DNA from: an uncultured bacterium
Lineage (GTDB): Bacteria > Acidobacteriota > HRBIN11 > JAKEFK01
Assembly: GCA_963777505.1 (NCBI GenBank)
Contig: CAVZQN010000010.1
Location: forward strand, 1-64,000
DNA length: 64,000 nt
Reading direction: 5' to 3'
In this document: positions 30,067-39,759 of the stretch, one piece after another
How the letters are laid out: every line of letters begins with the position of its first letter
Position numbering within the stretch: the first letter of the stretch is position 1
Made by a program: the position numbers and the translations under genes
The notes under the pieces: model-generated
What the model saw: only the letters and a program-made list of their open reading frames with translations
What the model was told of the DNA's origin: nothing
Databases searched by the model: none

Positions 30067-30864
30067 TCATTGCGTTTCTTTCTGAAGTTTTCCACATTTG
30101 CTGCAGTAATCTGCATCGGCAGAAATGAGTGTGCCACATCCAACGCATGGGGTCCTTTTTCTTCCTGCATTTTTTTGGAACAGAAAGAATGAAATGCCGA
30201 AGAGAGTTAGTGCGGCGATTGCCATACTAGCTAAAGCTGGAATGTTCCAATGCGTAGAACGTGCTGAGAAGGAATGTTGTGCGGCGAAATCGGTAAGCGT
30301 CAGATTCCAAACAGCAACTCCCTCTTTAATTTCATCAGCATTCGATTCCTGAATTTTTCCAGGCATCGTTACCTGCCACTTCACTTTGATCGGCAAAATA
30401 TTTCCAGCTTTCTCTGCGATCGGCCCCGCACGTCCACCCAATTTCTTTTTCCAAAATTCGCTATACGTTGAAGTTCGGCGAAGCCAGCCTTTTGTTTGAA
30501 ATCTGACCTCATGACCTTCATCTTGAAGCTCTGAAACTTTTTGGAAAGGAATTTCCTGTGCTAACCAGTATTCTCCTTCTTTATATTCATCCAGGATCCG
30601 CTTTCCATGCTTTAGCAATGGATGGGAGTCAACATATTCTTTAATTTGTCCTGCCATTAATGCACTGCTTGTAAAATGCCAGATTTGAACGCCGGATCCA
30701 TCACTCTTGAATTTCGTTTCCACTTCAAGATTCACACAGCCGATTGCCAAAAGGAGAAGGATTGGGAGAATGATTCGTAGGGGCGGCCCTTGTGGCCGCC
30801 CGCGCACGAAGACCACAACCCGGGCGACCACAAGGGTCGCCCCTACCAAAGTTTTTTTTCTCAT
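30067..30864 (-). CDS. LppM-like lipoprotein with C-terminal TM and zinc ribbon
   Basis: LAIGC lipobox, DGSG, VTMPGKI.ESNA, TM helix, CVGC..YCSKCG. Confidence 0.8.
   Translation of the reverse strand: MRKKTLVGATLVVARVVVFVRGRPQGPPLRIILPILLLLAIGCVNLEVETKFKSDGSGVQIWHFTSSALMAGQIKEYVDSHPLLKHGKRILDEYKEGEYWLAQEIPFQKVSELQDEGHEVRFQTKGWLRRTSTYSEFWKKKLGGRAGPIAEKAGNILPIKVKWQVTMPGKIQESNADEIKEGVAVWNLTLTDFAAQHSFSARSTHWNIPALASMAIAALTLFGISFFLFQKNAGRKRTPCVGCGTLISADADYCSKCGKLQKETQ
30777..30846. repeat. GTAG-family REP doublet (REPIN-like), intragenic
   Basis: gtaggggcggcccttgtggccgccc, 20-nt spacer, gggcgaccacaagggtcgcccctac; near-identical arms at 52452..52525. Confidence 0.93.
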
Positions 30865-31535
30865 TTCAATATTTTCTTAAACTCCTCAGGAAGAGACGAG
30901 ACATACACATGTGGCGCATGACTACGAGGATGTATGAAACCCAAAACGTGTGCGTGAAGGAACATTCTCCCTCCTTTCCTCTTGCCATAGACCGAATCAC
31001 CGATCACGGGCGTTCCCAAATGTGCCATGTGAATGCGAACCTGGTGAGTTCTGCCAGTATGAAGTGAACAATAAACCAGAGCATTTTTCCGAAATGATTT
31101 ACGCACAACGTAATTTGTAATTGAAAGTTTTCCGTGTGTGGTAACTCCACGTCTTCCGGTTACACGCCGTCCAAGCATTGTCCGGATTGTTCCATGTGAA
31201 TGAACTGGAATACCTTCGGTTATTGCCATGTAACCTCGAACGACAGAGTGTTCATGAAACTGTTCGGTCAAAGAACGTCTCGCGAGTGTAGTCTTCGCAA
31301 ATACCATCAATCCTGATGTTTCGCGGTCCAAACGATGAAGCAGATATAGATTTTGATTCAAACGCTGTTGAGATTTCCAAATGCGCCGGATCAATTGTAT
31401 TGCGCTCGGTGATTGATCATTCTTCAGTGGATAGCTCAATAAGCCTGCAGATTTTTCGAAAACGACAACATCTACATCTTCATAAATGATCGTTCCGAGT
31501 TCGCTTCTTTTTCTTTTGTGATGATCGAGTCGCAT
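30861..31535 (-). CDS. RluA-family pseudouridine synthase
   Basis: LHRLDRETSG, TGRTHQVRIH, GDSVYG, LHA. Confidence 0.93.
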   Translation of the reverse strand: MRLDHHKRKRSELGTIIYEDVDVVVFEKSAGLLSYPLKNDQSPSAIQLIRRIWKSQQRLNQNLYLLHRLDRETSGLMVFAKTTLARRSLTEQFHEHSVVRGYMAITEGIPVHSHGTIRTMLGRRVTGRRGVTTHGKLSITNYVVRKSFRKNALVYCSLHTGRTHQVRIHMAHLGTPVIGDSVYGKRKGGRMFLHAHVLGFIHPRSHAPHVYVSSLPEEFKKILK

Positions 31536-32338
31536 TATGAAACCGGAAAGCCAAAAATGAGAGTTACAAGATAACATCCACTTTCACATAATTTTCCTCG
31601 AATTCGTTTGAAACCGATTCCAACCATCTGACTGTTTCCTTCAAGGTTTGGATAGACTTCTTCAGGCACGCGGTCGGGTGTGTTTGCTGTAAATACATTG
31701 ATGCGAATTGAACCTCCTGCCTGACGCGTTAGTTGATTCATCAACAAAGGTGGACTCAATGCATTCAAATTCTCTTGAACATCAACATGCGATTGAGCAA
31801 CCTCACTTAATCTTTGTGAAAGAGTCAGCGGGAGAAGTCCTTTTTTTTCCCGATGCTCATTCATAGAAACAAGAAGTTTTTGTCTTCCCTTGTTCGAATC
31901 AATTTGCTCCACCCTTCGAATGAAGAGTTCGGTCACATAGATATATTTTGCCGAGTGAATGACACCCACCGCAGCAAACGTGAATTCTGGATCAAGAATA
32001 TTTTCCCTGTGATAGAGAGATTCCATTAATGAAGTATGAGCCGAGATGATGTTTAGATCTCTTGCAACATTTTCAGCAGTTTTTGAAGCGAATACGCCGG
32101 CAGCACGAATCCGCTCATGAGGCTGGCGCTTGTCAGAACCTTCATGCGAGACTTTTCCCATTCCAGCCATATCCTCGCTATGCGCGCGAGCTACAGTGTA
32201 AAGTTCGTCTTCCCAGATAAACGCCGGAAGTTTTTCGCGTTCTCGTTCGGAATTGATGTAAGAAAAAAGTTCTTTTTCTTCTGCCGTTTGAGCAACGACT
32301 GAGCTATCACAACAAAAAAGAAGCGAAAAGATGAGCAA
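31535..32338 (-). CDS. CAP/SCP domain protein (tandem, second copy degenerate)
   Basis: ARAHSEDMA, AENVA, MES..HRENIL. Confidence 0.88.
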   Translation of the reverse strand: MLIFSLLFCCDSSVVAQTAEEKELFSYINSEREREKLPAFIWEDELYTVARAHSEDMAGMGKVSHEGSDKRQPHERIRAAGVFASKTAENVARDLNIISAHTSLMESLYHRENILDPEFTFAAVGVIHSAKYIYVTELFIRRVEQIDSNKGRQKLLVSMNEHREKKGLLPLTLSQRLSEVAQSHVDVQENLNALSPPLLMNQLTRQAGGSIRINVFTANTPDRVPEEVYPNLEGNSQMVGIGFKRIRGKLCESGCYLVTLIFGFPVS

Positions 32339-32364
32339 AAATTCTGCAGGATGTTTCAGGTTGA

Positions 32365-32595
32365 TTATTCCTCTTCGACAATGGTTGTATCTTCCGATGT
32401 TTTATTTGTCTCGGTTTCATTGATTACATCTTCAAATTTCGTCCCCTTTTTCCCTTTGGATTGTTCCGCAGTATTCATTGCTTTTTCATACGCATCAATA
32501 AATTCAGGAATCTGTTCAGGATCCAGATTCCCGAGACCAATCTGTCCAAAAATTCCTTCTATCCTTTTGTTTCCTTCATCCCAATCTTTCGGCAT
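32365..32595 (-). CDS. Small acidic hypothetical protein
   Basis: AAGGAGG RBS before ATG at 32595; 76 aa; overlaps the upstream gene end. Confidence 0.65.
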   Translation of the reverse strand: MPKDWDEGNKRIEGIFGQIGLGNLDPEQIPEFIDAYEKAMNTAEQSKGKKGTKFEDVINETETNKTSEDTTIVEEE

Positions 32596-33550
32596 ATGCG
32601 CCTCCTTCGGCCCCAACACCTGTACTTTTTGCGGGAGTTAAACCGCGGAATAGATACAGAATACAACCAATCGAACTCGACAATGCAATTATCAGAAACC
32701 ATAAAAATGAAAATAGCAGCCCATATTCGTATGGAACTCCTGCACGTCCTAGTAGATAAAGATAAGCACCATCTCGCACACCGATCCCGCTAAAACTCGG
32801 AAAAAGGCTTACGAGACTTGCAATACTTTCAGTTATGAAATGGTATGCGGGTGAAATGTTTAAGGACAAAGCGCGCGCAATACAGATATGAATCACAACA
32901 AGAATGCAATGAAATGTAATTGAGTACAACAAAGCAAGGAGCCCAATTCTTGGTTGTTTCCACAAGATGATGAGATCTTTGTAAATCAAACTTCGGAGCC
33001 TTGAACGCGTATTCTTTACAAGCAAAGGTAAAAACCACAAACCAGCCACAAAAATAATACTTGCCACTGGAAATCCATATCGAAGCAATGAAGGAAGAGG
33101 GGTTCCCACAGGCGAAAGCATAGCGATCGAAGCAAGCAGCATCATAGAAAGAACTCCGATCCCACGTTCTGCGATAACTGAAAGAAATGCAACGCGTCTG
33201 CTTTGCGCACCAGGGCTCAGATATAAACCACGCGTGATGTCCCCTCCGATGCCGGTTGAAAGAAAATGATTAAAAAACATTCCAATAAAATAAAGCCGGA
33301 TCATCGGCTTTAGACCTCTATGAATCCCCAGCGCTCTTGCAACATAATGCCATTTTACGGCGCATATCAGTTGTCCCAATGGATAAAGAATAAGGCCCAA
33401 TAATAGATAACCAACCTTTACTTTTAATAGGGCACTCAATACTTTTCCGAGATCAATATTCCAAAGAAAATAAGCGATCAAAGCCGCGCTGATAAACAAC
33501 TTCAAGGCGAATATTAAGAGCCGCGAAGTCTTAAATGGCAAAGCTTTCAT
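32576..33550 (-). CDS. Lysylphosphatidylglycerol synthase TM / flippase-like (YbhN) protein
   Basis: FFN.FL.TGIGGD, P.FSGIGVRDG, many TM segments. Confidence 0.88.
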   Translation of the reverse strand: MKALPFKTSRLLIFALKLFISAALIAYFLWNIDLGKVLSALLKVKVGYLLLGLILYPLGQLICAVKWHYVARALGIHRGLKPMIRLYFIGMFFNHFLSTGIGGDITRGLYLSPGAQSRRVAFLSVIAERGIGVLSMMLLASIAMLSPVGTPLPSLLRYGFPVASIIFVAGLWFLPLLVKNTRSRLRSLIYKDLIILWKQPRIGLLALLYSITFHCILVVIHICIARALSLNISPAYHFITESIASLVSLFPSFSGIGVRDGAYLYLLGRAGVPYEYGLLFSFLWFLIIALSSSIGCILYLFRGLTPAKSTGVGAEGGAYAERLG

Positions 33551-33687
33551 AACGTTATTATACGGATGGATTGAAGCCAGTATAAATACTCAAAATCGAC
33601 GAAAAAGTTGGTCTGAAAAATCTTTTTGTTCCAATAACTTACAGCCACGACCACACTACGATGAATTTAGTAGGTCTAATTTTTTCA

Positions 33688-33716
33688 TTGACAAATCTTC
33701 AAAAACGGGGTACTCT
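33688..33716 (+). promoter_or_regulatory. sigma70-type promoter for the Crp/Fnr gene
   Basis: TTGACA-17 nt-TACTCT. Confidence 0.65.
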
Positions 33717-33779
33717 GAATAACCTTTTTGGCGCTTGCCATTTAAGTCCGCAAACTACCTATCAGAGAGTGGAGTATCA

Positions 33780-34445
33780 ATGAATTGGAATCACAATCAG
33801 TGTGAAGTGCTGACTGAATTTATAAAAGATCAAGCTAGAAGTTTTGAATATGCGTTCTTTACCAAACGCATCAAACGGAATCAGATCATATATTTAATGG
33901 GTGATCCGGCCAGTGAAATCTTTTTGATTCAGAAAGGCCGTGTCCGAGTATCTGTGATCAGTTTAGATGGCAAAGAAAAGACTGTGGAGATGATCCGGCA
34001 GGGTGGTTTTTTTGGTGAATTATGTTTGTGTCCTGAAGGAAGAAGAACGGACCAGGCTGTCGCCTTTGAGGAATGCCACTTAGCTTCAGTCAAAGCGCGG
34101 ATGTTTTTCGAATTGCTCAACAGTAAACCAGAAATCGTAGGATATTTCCTGAGCTTTTTCTGCAAAAAGATTTCTGATGCGCGGGTTCAAATTGACGAAC
34201 TTTCTTCAAATAATGAGACCATGCGCTTTGCGAAGCTCTTGCTGAAACTTGGTAAAAAGAACGGCGATAAGAATGGCAAAACCCACCTGAATCTATCTCA
34301 GGAAGAACTCGCTCGCATGCTTGCAACGGATAGACCCGCCGTCAGTGCATTGCTGGGGCGTTTCAAACGCGAAGGACTTATTGATTATAAGAGGCAGCAA
34401 ATTACGATCGATGAATCGAAATTGCTGCAGTTTCTCTTGCAATAA
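33780..34445 (+). CDS. Crp/Fnr family transcriptional regulator
   Basis: cNMP-binding fold (GDPA, FFGE) and HTH LSQEELA; GGAG RBS. Confidence 0.92.
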   Translation: MNWNHNQCEVLTEFIKDQARSFEYAFFTKRIKRNQIIYLMGDPASEIFLIQKGRVRVSVISLDGKEKTVEMIRQGGFFGELCLCPEGRRTDQAVAFEECHLASVKARMFFELLNSKPEIVGYFLSFFCKKISDARVQIDELSSNNETMRFAKLLLKLGKKNGDKNGKTHLNLSQEELARMLATDRPAVSALLGRFKREGLIDYKRQQITIDESKLLQFLLQ

Positions 34446-34490
34446 CTCCACCGTTTCCATACATTCCAGGCAACCTCTACCGTCATAAAA

Positions 34491-34520
34491 TTGACCCATT
34501 AGAGTTTACTCGTCTATAAT
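34491..34520 (+). promoter_or_regulatory. sigma70-type promoter for the TPR operon
   Basis: TTGACC-18 nt-TATAAT, ending 10 nt before the ATG. Confidence 0.6.
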
Positions 34521-34530
34521 TACGTCGGTT

Positions 34531-36090
34531 ATGAAGACTTATATATTTTGCAGTTTAATCTTATTAGCATTCATCAGCGGAAGTGTCTTCGCAGCCGATC
34601 CTATTCATGCTGACGCAGAATTTGATGCGACGATCATCAAAGCAAACGGGCTTTACCTGAATGCACACTTTGATGAAGGCATCGAACTCATTCAAAAACT
34701 CGGTACATCGCATCCAAATAGCCCTGCAGTATCCTATTTTCTCGCCAATGGCTATTGGTGGAAAATCTTTAGAGTTTACATTTACGATAAGGACGCAAAA
34801 TCCACCCCATATGACTCCCATTTCGAAAATGCGATTGAGGAAACGATTTCACGCTGCGAATTAAGACTAAAACGGGACAAAAACGATATCATTGCTCTTT
34901 TTTATCTTGGCAATGCACACAGCCTCAAATCGAGAGTGAAAGGCTTGCGGGGCAGTTATTTTTCGGCTGGACGCGATGCAGCAAAAGGGAAAAAATATCT
35001 GGAGCAAGTACTCGATCAACATCCTTCCCAATATGACGCTTTTTATAACATTGGAATGTACAACTATCTCGCAGGCGCATTGCCAGGTTATGCAAAAGTA
35101 CTGAAGACGTTCCTGTTTTTGCCTGGTGGAGATAAGAATAAAGGTCTTTCACTCTTAAAAATTGCGGGCCAAAAGTCCACATATTTTGGCGATGAGGCGC
35201 AGTTAATCCTGGCTCGATTTTATGGAGATCTCGAAGACCAACCTGCGGACGCTCTCCGTATTGTTCAGTCGTTCCGCCAACGATTCCCTGAAAATGCCTG
35301 GTTTCATTATTGGCAAGGGACGCTTCTTTCGGATGAAATCAACGATTACAAACAGGCAGAATTAATTTACGAAAGTATTCTTCAAAAATGTAAATCCAAC
35401 GTTCGTACGTACAATAAGGAATTGGAAAATCAGGCGGTTCTAAAACTGGCTCGCGTTCATAGCAAGCAATTGGAGCCGGAGAAAGCCATTTCAGAAGTTC
35501 GCGCTCTCATTCAAGCAAAACCGAAAGAGCCTTCCTGGATACTACCGAGGGCATACCTGGAACTTGGAAATTTTTACGATCAAATTGGAAAGCGAAACGA
35601 AGCAGTATTAGCGTATAAACAAGTTCTGTCTTCAAGAAATCATCGCGACTATCATGAGCAAGCATCCAAACGTCTGGATGATAATTACAATCAACGCAAT
35701 GCAGATATTTTTCTCGCAAACCTGGAAGGAAGACGCCTGGCGCGGGATGGAATGTATGAAAATGCGGAGGCATCATTGCAAAAAGTTTTGCAAAAATATC
35801 CTAACAATGAACAAACTCAATACGCATTAGCAGAACTTAATTATTTGAGGGGGTCGTATGCAGAAGCAGGCGAGATCTTGAATGGGATTCTGAATAAGAA
35901 ACCTCCAGAGCCAAAGTGGCTTCTTCCCGGCGTCTATGTGAAACTTGGAATGGTGTATGAAGCTCGCAAGCAAAGAGATGCGGCACGCCAATCTTACTTA
36001 AAAGCGCTGGACACTGAATTCATCGCTTCAGATGATCGCAATACTGCCAAAAGGGCTCTGAAGCAAATCGCTATGAATAAGAACAGTTAA
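34531..36090 (+). CDS. Secreted TPR protein
   Basis: Signal peptide, multiple TPR motifs, duplicated P.W.LP..Y..LG..Y unit. Confidence 0.85.
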   Translation: MKTYIFCSLILLAFISGSVFAADPIHADAEFDATIIKANGLYLNAHFDEGIELIQKLGTSHPNSPAVSYFLANGYWWKIFRVYIYDKDAKSTPYDSHFENAIEETISRCELRLKRDKNDIIALFYLGNAHSLKSRVKGLRGSYFSAGRDAAKGKKYLEQVLDQHPSQYDAFYNIGMYNYLAGALPGYAKVLKTFLFLPGGDKNKGLSLLKIAGQKSTYFGDEAQLILARFYGDLEDQPADALRIVQSFRQRFPENAWFHYWQGTLLSDEINDYKQAELIYESILQKCKSNVRTYNKELENQAVLKLARVHSKQLEPEKAISEVRALIQAKPKEPSWILPRAYLELGNFYDQIGKRNEAVLAYKQVLSSRNHRDYHEQASKRLDDNYNQRNADIFLANLEGRRLARDGMYENAEASLQKVLQKYPNNEQTQYALAELNYLRGSYAEAGEILNGILNKKPPEPKWLLPGVYVKLGMVYEARKQRDAARQSYLKALDTEFIASDDRNTAKRALKQIAMNKNS

Positions 36091-36097
36091 CAACAGA

Positions 36098-37696
36098 ATG
36101 GAACTGCCCACCAAAGGGTCTCTATCTGAAGTTAGTTTCATTGAAATCCTCAAAGATGCTTCCACATCCGGTCTCACTGGAATGCTGCGACTTGAAACCG
36201 GCAGTGTTATCAAAGTCGTTTATCTGCAAAGTGGAACCATCGCATTTGCATCTTCCAACGAAAAATCAGATCGCCTGACAGAAGTTCTAAAACGCGCCGG
36301 CAAACTCACACCTGAACAAATAGAACACGCACAAGCGCGAATCAAACCAAATGTTTCACTGGGAAAAACCCTTGTAGAACTTGGTTACATTAGCCCTAAA
36401 GATCTCTTGTGGGGAGCACGGATGCAGGTGGAAGGAATTTTATATCAACTGCTTTTTTGGGAAAAAGGAAGCTTTCAGGTTTTAGAAGGCCCACTTCCAA
36501 AAGAGATTGTGAGCCTGGGATTAACGATTCCACAAATTATCTATGCAGGAATTCTTCAAACAAAAGATCGTGATTGGATCTTAAAACATATCGGTTCTCC
36601 TGAAGCTGTTTATATTCTTACTAATTCATCTGAACAAAAATTGGATCAATACCGGCTTCCAGTAGATGAAATTATCTCCAAAATGAATGGAACGCGATCC
36701 CTTGAGGAAATTGCGCAATCTTCAGGAGTTGATACTTTTGACGTTTGTAAAACCGTAGCAGCTCTTCAGATTTTAGAATTGGCGGTACCGCAGCAAAATA
36801 AGCCTGTACAAATGCCGCTGATGGAACCCAAATCAGAAGATGAGGAAGAGACTCCTATTTTGAATGAAACAGACGAACAGGATGCAGAAGTATCACTGGG
36901 AGAGGTTTTGCAAATTCCAACCGTTGATGAATTACAGCAAGAAACAAAACAGGAATCGCCAGTGCAATTTGAGCCTGAAACAGAAGTGTATACAGAGTCT
37001 GAATCCAGCACTTCCACGGAAGAACCATTCGATGAATTTGCTGAAGAACCTGCGTCCACTCCTGTAGAGTCGGGGCCGTTTATAGAACGGCCATATGAGC
37101 CCGAATATGACGATCAAATTGAAGAACCGGAAAATGGCGGCTGGAAAAAAATCATTTTACTCATTGCTGTCTTAGGCTTAGTTGCTGCCGCAACTGCATT
37201 TTATTTTTATCAGAAATCGAAAACACAACAGGTTATTGTTGAGCCGCCTGTTGAGAAAAAGCAACCTGCACCAGTTGAGCCTCAAATTCCAACGCCAGCA
37301 CCCGTAGAACCGACAGTTTCGGAAACAAATATAGATCAAACTCCAGACACTGAAGTTGTGAAATCTTCTGCGCTTCAACTTGCGACGGCAGGAAATCTTT
37401 CCGAAGCTGCAAGAATATGGAAGAGTGAGTTAAACAAAGAGCGCAATAGCCTGACGATTCAAGTAGAAATCGCGTGTCAGTCAAAGACAGTTCTCGAAGC
37501 CCTGAGCCTTTTTGGCGCTTCTGCACCGGTTTATGTGGTTCCATTAAATTACAAAGGACAACCTTGTTATCGTGTTTTGTATGGAACTTACAAGAGCGAA
37601 TTGCAAGCTAAAAAAGATCGCGATTCCCTGCCCCCAGAATTTCTTCAACAGCCTTCGCCACCGAAAGTCATCCCGGTTTGGAAAGCTCTGCAATGA
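36098..37696 (+). CDS. DUF4388 - acidic linker - TM - SPOR (DamX-like) protein
   Basis: KGSLSEVSFIEIL..TGMLRL..G.I.FASSN; E/P-rich linker; TM helix; TIQV..CYRVLYGTY.S..A..DSLP. Confidence 0.82.
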   Translation: MELPTKGSLSEVSFIEILKDASTSGLTGMLRLETGSVIKVVYLQSGTIAFASSNEKSDRLTEVLKRAGKLTPEQIEHAQARIKPNVSLGKTLVELGYISPKDLLWGARMQVEGILYQLLFWEKGSFQVLEGPLPKEIVSLGLTIPQIIYAGILQTKDRDWILKHIGSPEAVYILTNSSEQKLDQYRLPVDEIISKMNGTRSLEEIAQSSGVDTFDVCKTVAALQILELAVPQQNKPVQMPLMEPKSEDEEETPILNETDEQDAEVSLGEVLQIPTVDELQQETKQESPVQFEPETEVYTESESSTSTEEPFDEFAEEPASTPVESGPFIERPYEPEYDDQIEEPENGGWKKIILLIAVLGLVAAATAFYFYQKSKTQQVIVEPPVEKKQPAPVEPQIPTPAPVEPTVSETNIDQTPDTEVVKSSALQLATAGNLSEAARIWKSELNKERNSLTIQVEIACQSKTVLEALSLFGASAPVYVVPLNYKGQPCYRVLYGTYKSELQAKKDRDSLPPEFLQQPSPPKVIPVWKALQ

Positions 37697-39057
37697 CTTT
37701 CCGTTGTCTTTTCGTTGTTGCCTTGCTAACCCATGTACTACTACTTGATGCACTCGCTGACATAATTCATTTAAAGAACGGCAGGCAGATCGAATGCGAC
37801 TCAGCCTGGGAAAATGGAAAAGAAATTCGATACAAAATAGGAAATGGGACAGTGGGAATTCCCCGGGCCATGGTTGCAAAGATCGTTAAGACTGAAATCA
37901 ATCCTAAAACTCAGTCGCAACCAAATGGGCCGGCCACCCAAACTTCACAAGCACCCCAAACATCAGAAGCAGTAAAAAAAGCATCGATCGACTCTCTTGA
38001 TCTTAAAACCAGGACAGTTCTCGCGCGTTCCTATTCCGAAATTGCCAAAGAAAGGTTAGAAAAAAAAGATCTTACAGGAGCGCTTGAGAATCTGAAAAAA
38101 GCGTACTCGCTTGTAAAAGATCGTGAAACAACATCCCAATTAGCTACAGTTTACTTTTTTCTGAAAGATGATTGGAATGCTGAGCATCTTTTCCGTGAAT
38201 GCTTGAAGATTGATCCTAAATATACAGAAGCCTTGAATTATCTGGGAGAAATTGCATGGCGGAAAGAAAACCTGGATGAAGCGCTCGAATTTTGGCAACA
38301 GTCATTGCAAATAAAATCAGACCCCATTATCAAAGACAGACTTGAACGGTTAAGACGGGAACAAAAGGCAGCTTCAACATACGAAAATGATGAAAGCCGC
38401 CATTTCATCATGCGATATGACGGAGGCAAAGCGGATCCATTTCTTGTTAAAGAAATCTCTGACTTTTTAGAAGACACATATCAGAAGCTCAGCCTTCAAC
38501 TAGAAGCGTTTCCTACAGCGCCATTTGTTGTGGTTTTGTATCCACAAGAAAGATTTCAGTCCATTACGGATGCTCCGGAATGGTCCGCAGGAATCAATGA
38601 TGGAAAAATCAAACTTCCCATAAGGGGAATCAAATCATTAAACGATGAAATTCGTAATGTATTGATCCATGAGCTGACGCATTCTTTTGTAAACTTCAAA
38701 ACAGGCGGCAACTGTCCCGTTTGGCTCCATGAAGGTCTTGCTCAGCGTATGGAAGGAAAGCAAATCAGTAGCGAGGTAGATGAAATTTTATCAACCCTTG
38801 CAGCGGAAAAGAAACTTCCACAAATTGTACGATTAAGCGGAAGCTTTATCGGAGCATCAACAGATGTTGCGCAATTTATGTATGTACAGTCTCTCTCTTT
38901 TACAGATTTCCTTATCGATCGTTATCGCTTTACCCAGATGAATAGCCTTTTAGATGAATTAAGTCATGGCAAAGCTTTTGAAGAGGCTTTCCTCGCCGCT
39001 TATTTGATCCCATTGGACAGAGCTGAAAGTGACTGGCGCCAATCCTTGATAGAGTGA
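37693..39057 (+). CDS. Secreted TPR-containing gluzincin metallopeptidase (peptidase MA-like)
   Basis: DIIHLKNG N-terminal module, TPRs, HELTH and PVWLHEGLA. Confidence 0.88.
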   Translation: MTFRCLFVVALLTHVLLLDALADIIHLKNGRQIECDSAWENGKEIRYKIGNGTVGIPRAMVAKIVKTEINPKTQSQPNGPATQTSQAPQTSEAVKKASIDSLDLKTRTVLARSYSEIAKERLEKKDLTGALENLKKAYSLVKDRETTSQLATVYFFLKDDWNAEHLFRECLKIDPKYTEALNYLGEIAWRKENLDEALEFWQQSLQIKSDPIIKDRLERLRREQKAASTYENDESRHFIMRYDGGKADPFLVKEISDFLEDTYQKLSLQLEAFPTAPFVVVLYPQERFQSITDAPEWSAGINDGKIKLPIRGIKSLNDEIRNVLIHELTHSFVNFKTGGNCPVWLHEGLAQRMEGKQISSEVDEILSTLAAEKKLPQIVRLSGSFIGASTDVAQFMYVQSLSFTDFLIDRYRFTQMNSLLDELSHGKAFEEAFLAAYLIPLDRAESDWRQSLIE

Positions 39058-39173
39058 TTTCAGATTCTAGATTTCAGATTTCAGATTGAAATTGATGATT
39101 GAAATAATTGATGGAAACACATCTGCTGGGTTGGAGTTTTTTCTTTCTTATACCTTAATCTTCAATTACAATC
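39049..39173 (+). repeat. Direct repeat copy 1 (~125 bp)
   Basis: atagagtg, atttcag heptamers, ggaaacacatctgctgggttggagtttttt, atcttcaattacaatc. Confidence 0.92.
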
Positions 39174-39187
39174 GAGACCTAGCCTGA

Positions 39188-39592
39188 TTAGTCGTTACAG
39201 ACAAAATCCTCTTCCGGATCTCGGTACACATTCTCACGACTAATCTCTTGCACTTCTCCGTCAGTTGTAACCATCAAATCAATAAAGAAATAGGGATGCG
39301 ATTCGCAACCTTCGCATTGATTGAAGGTTTGGAGTCAACTTTCTAAGTTCTTGTGGAGGCTCTTGGAGTTTGATACATGAAAATCTTTCTTCAAACCGAC
39401 AGATGAACAGTCCAAGATTTTGCCCTTCTCTCTTTTGCATCCAATCTTATTAAAGGCTGAGACTTCGGCCATATTCTTGATTGTTACGTAAAAGGGGATG
39501 CCCCGTTAGTGAAAAATCATGGCTTCCATCTGTATAAATAAGCATTGCACAAAACAGAACAAGAAACAGACGATTATTTTTCCCAAGCTCAT
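39188..39592 (-). pseudogene. Frameshifted small secreted Cys-containing protein between the direct repeats
   Basis: Fragments in different frames: MSLGKIIVCFLFCFVQCLF, KIGCKREKGKILDCSS, CEGCESHPYFFIDLMVTTDGEVQEI..VCND*. Confidence 0.5.
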
Positions 39593-39609
39593 GACTGAGC
39601 CACTACCTT

Positions 39610-39755
39610 ATAGAGTGTTTTAAGATTCGAGATTTGAGATTTCATATTGAAATTGATAATTGAAATATTATTGGAAACACATCTGTTGGGTTGGAGTTTT
39701 TTCAATCTTATATCTTCAATTACAATCTGAAATCTGCGATCTGAAATCTTAAATC
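39610..39755 (+). repeat. Direct repeat copy 2, with closing ctgaaat heptamer arm
   Basis: 39610..39727 aligns with copy 1, then tgaaatctgcgatctgaaatcttaaatc is complementary to the opening heptamers. Confidence 0.92.
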
Positions 39756-39759
39756 AGAT

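Noticed and set aside
39049-39755. CRISPR array or integron
   Set aside because: Only two ~120-bp repeats around a ~436-bp insert, no cas or intI gene, and no clear attC R-boxes.
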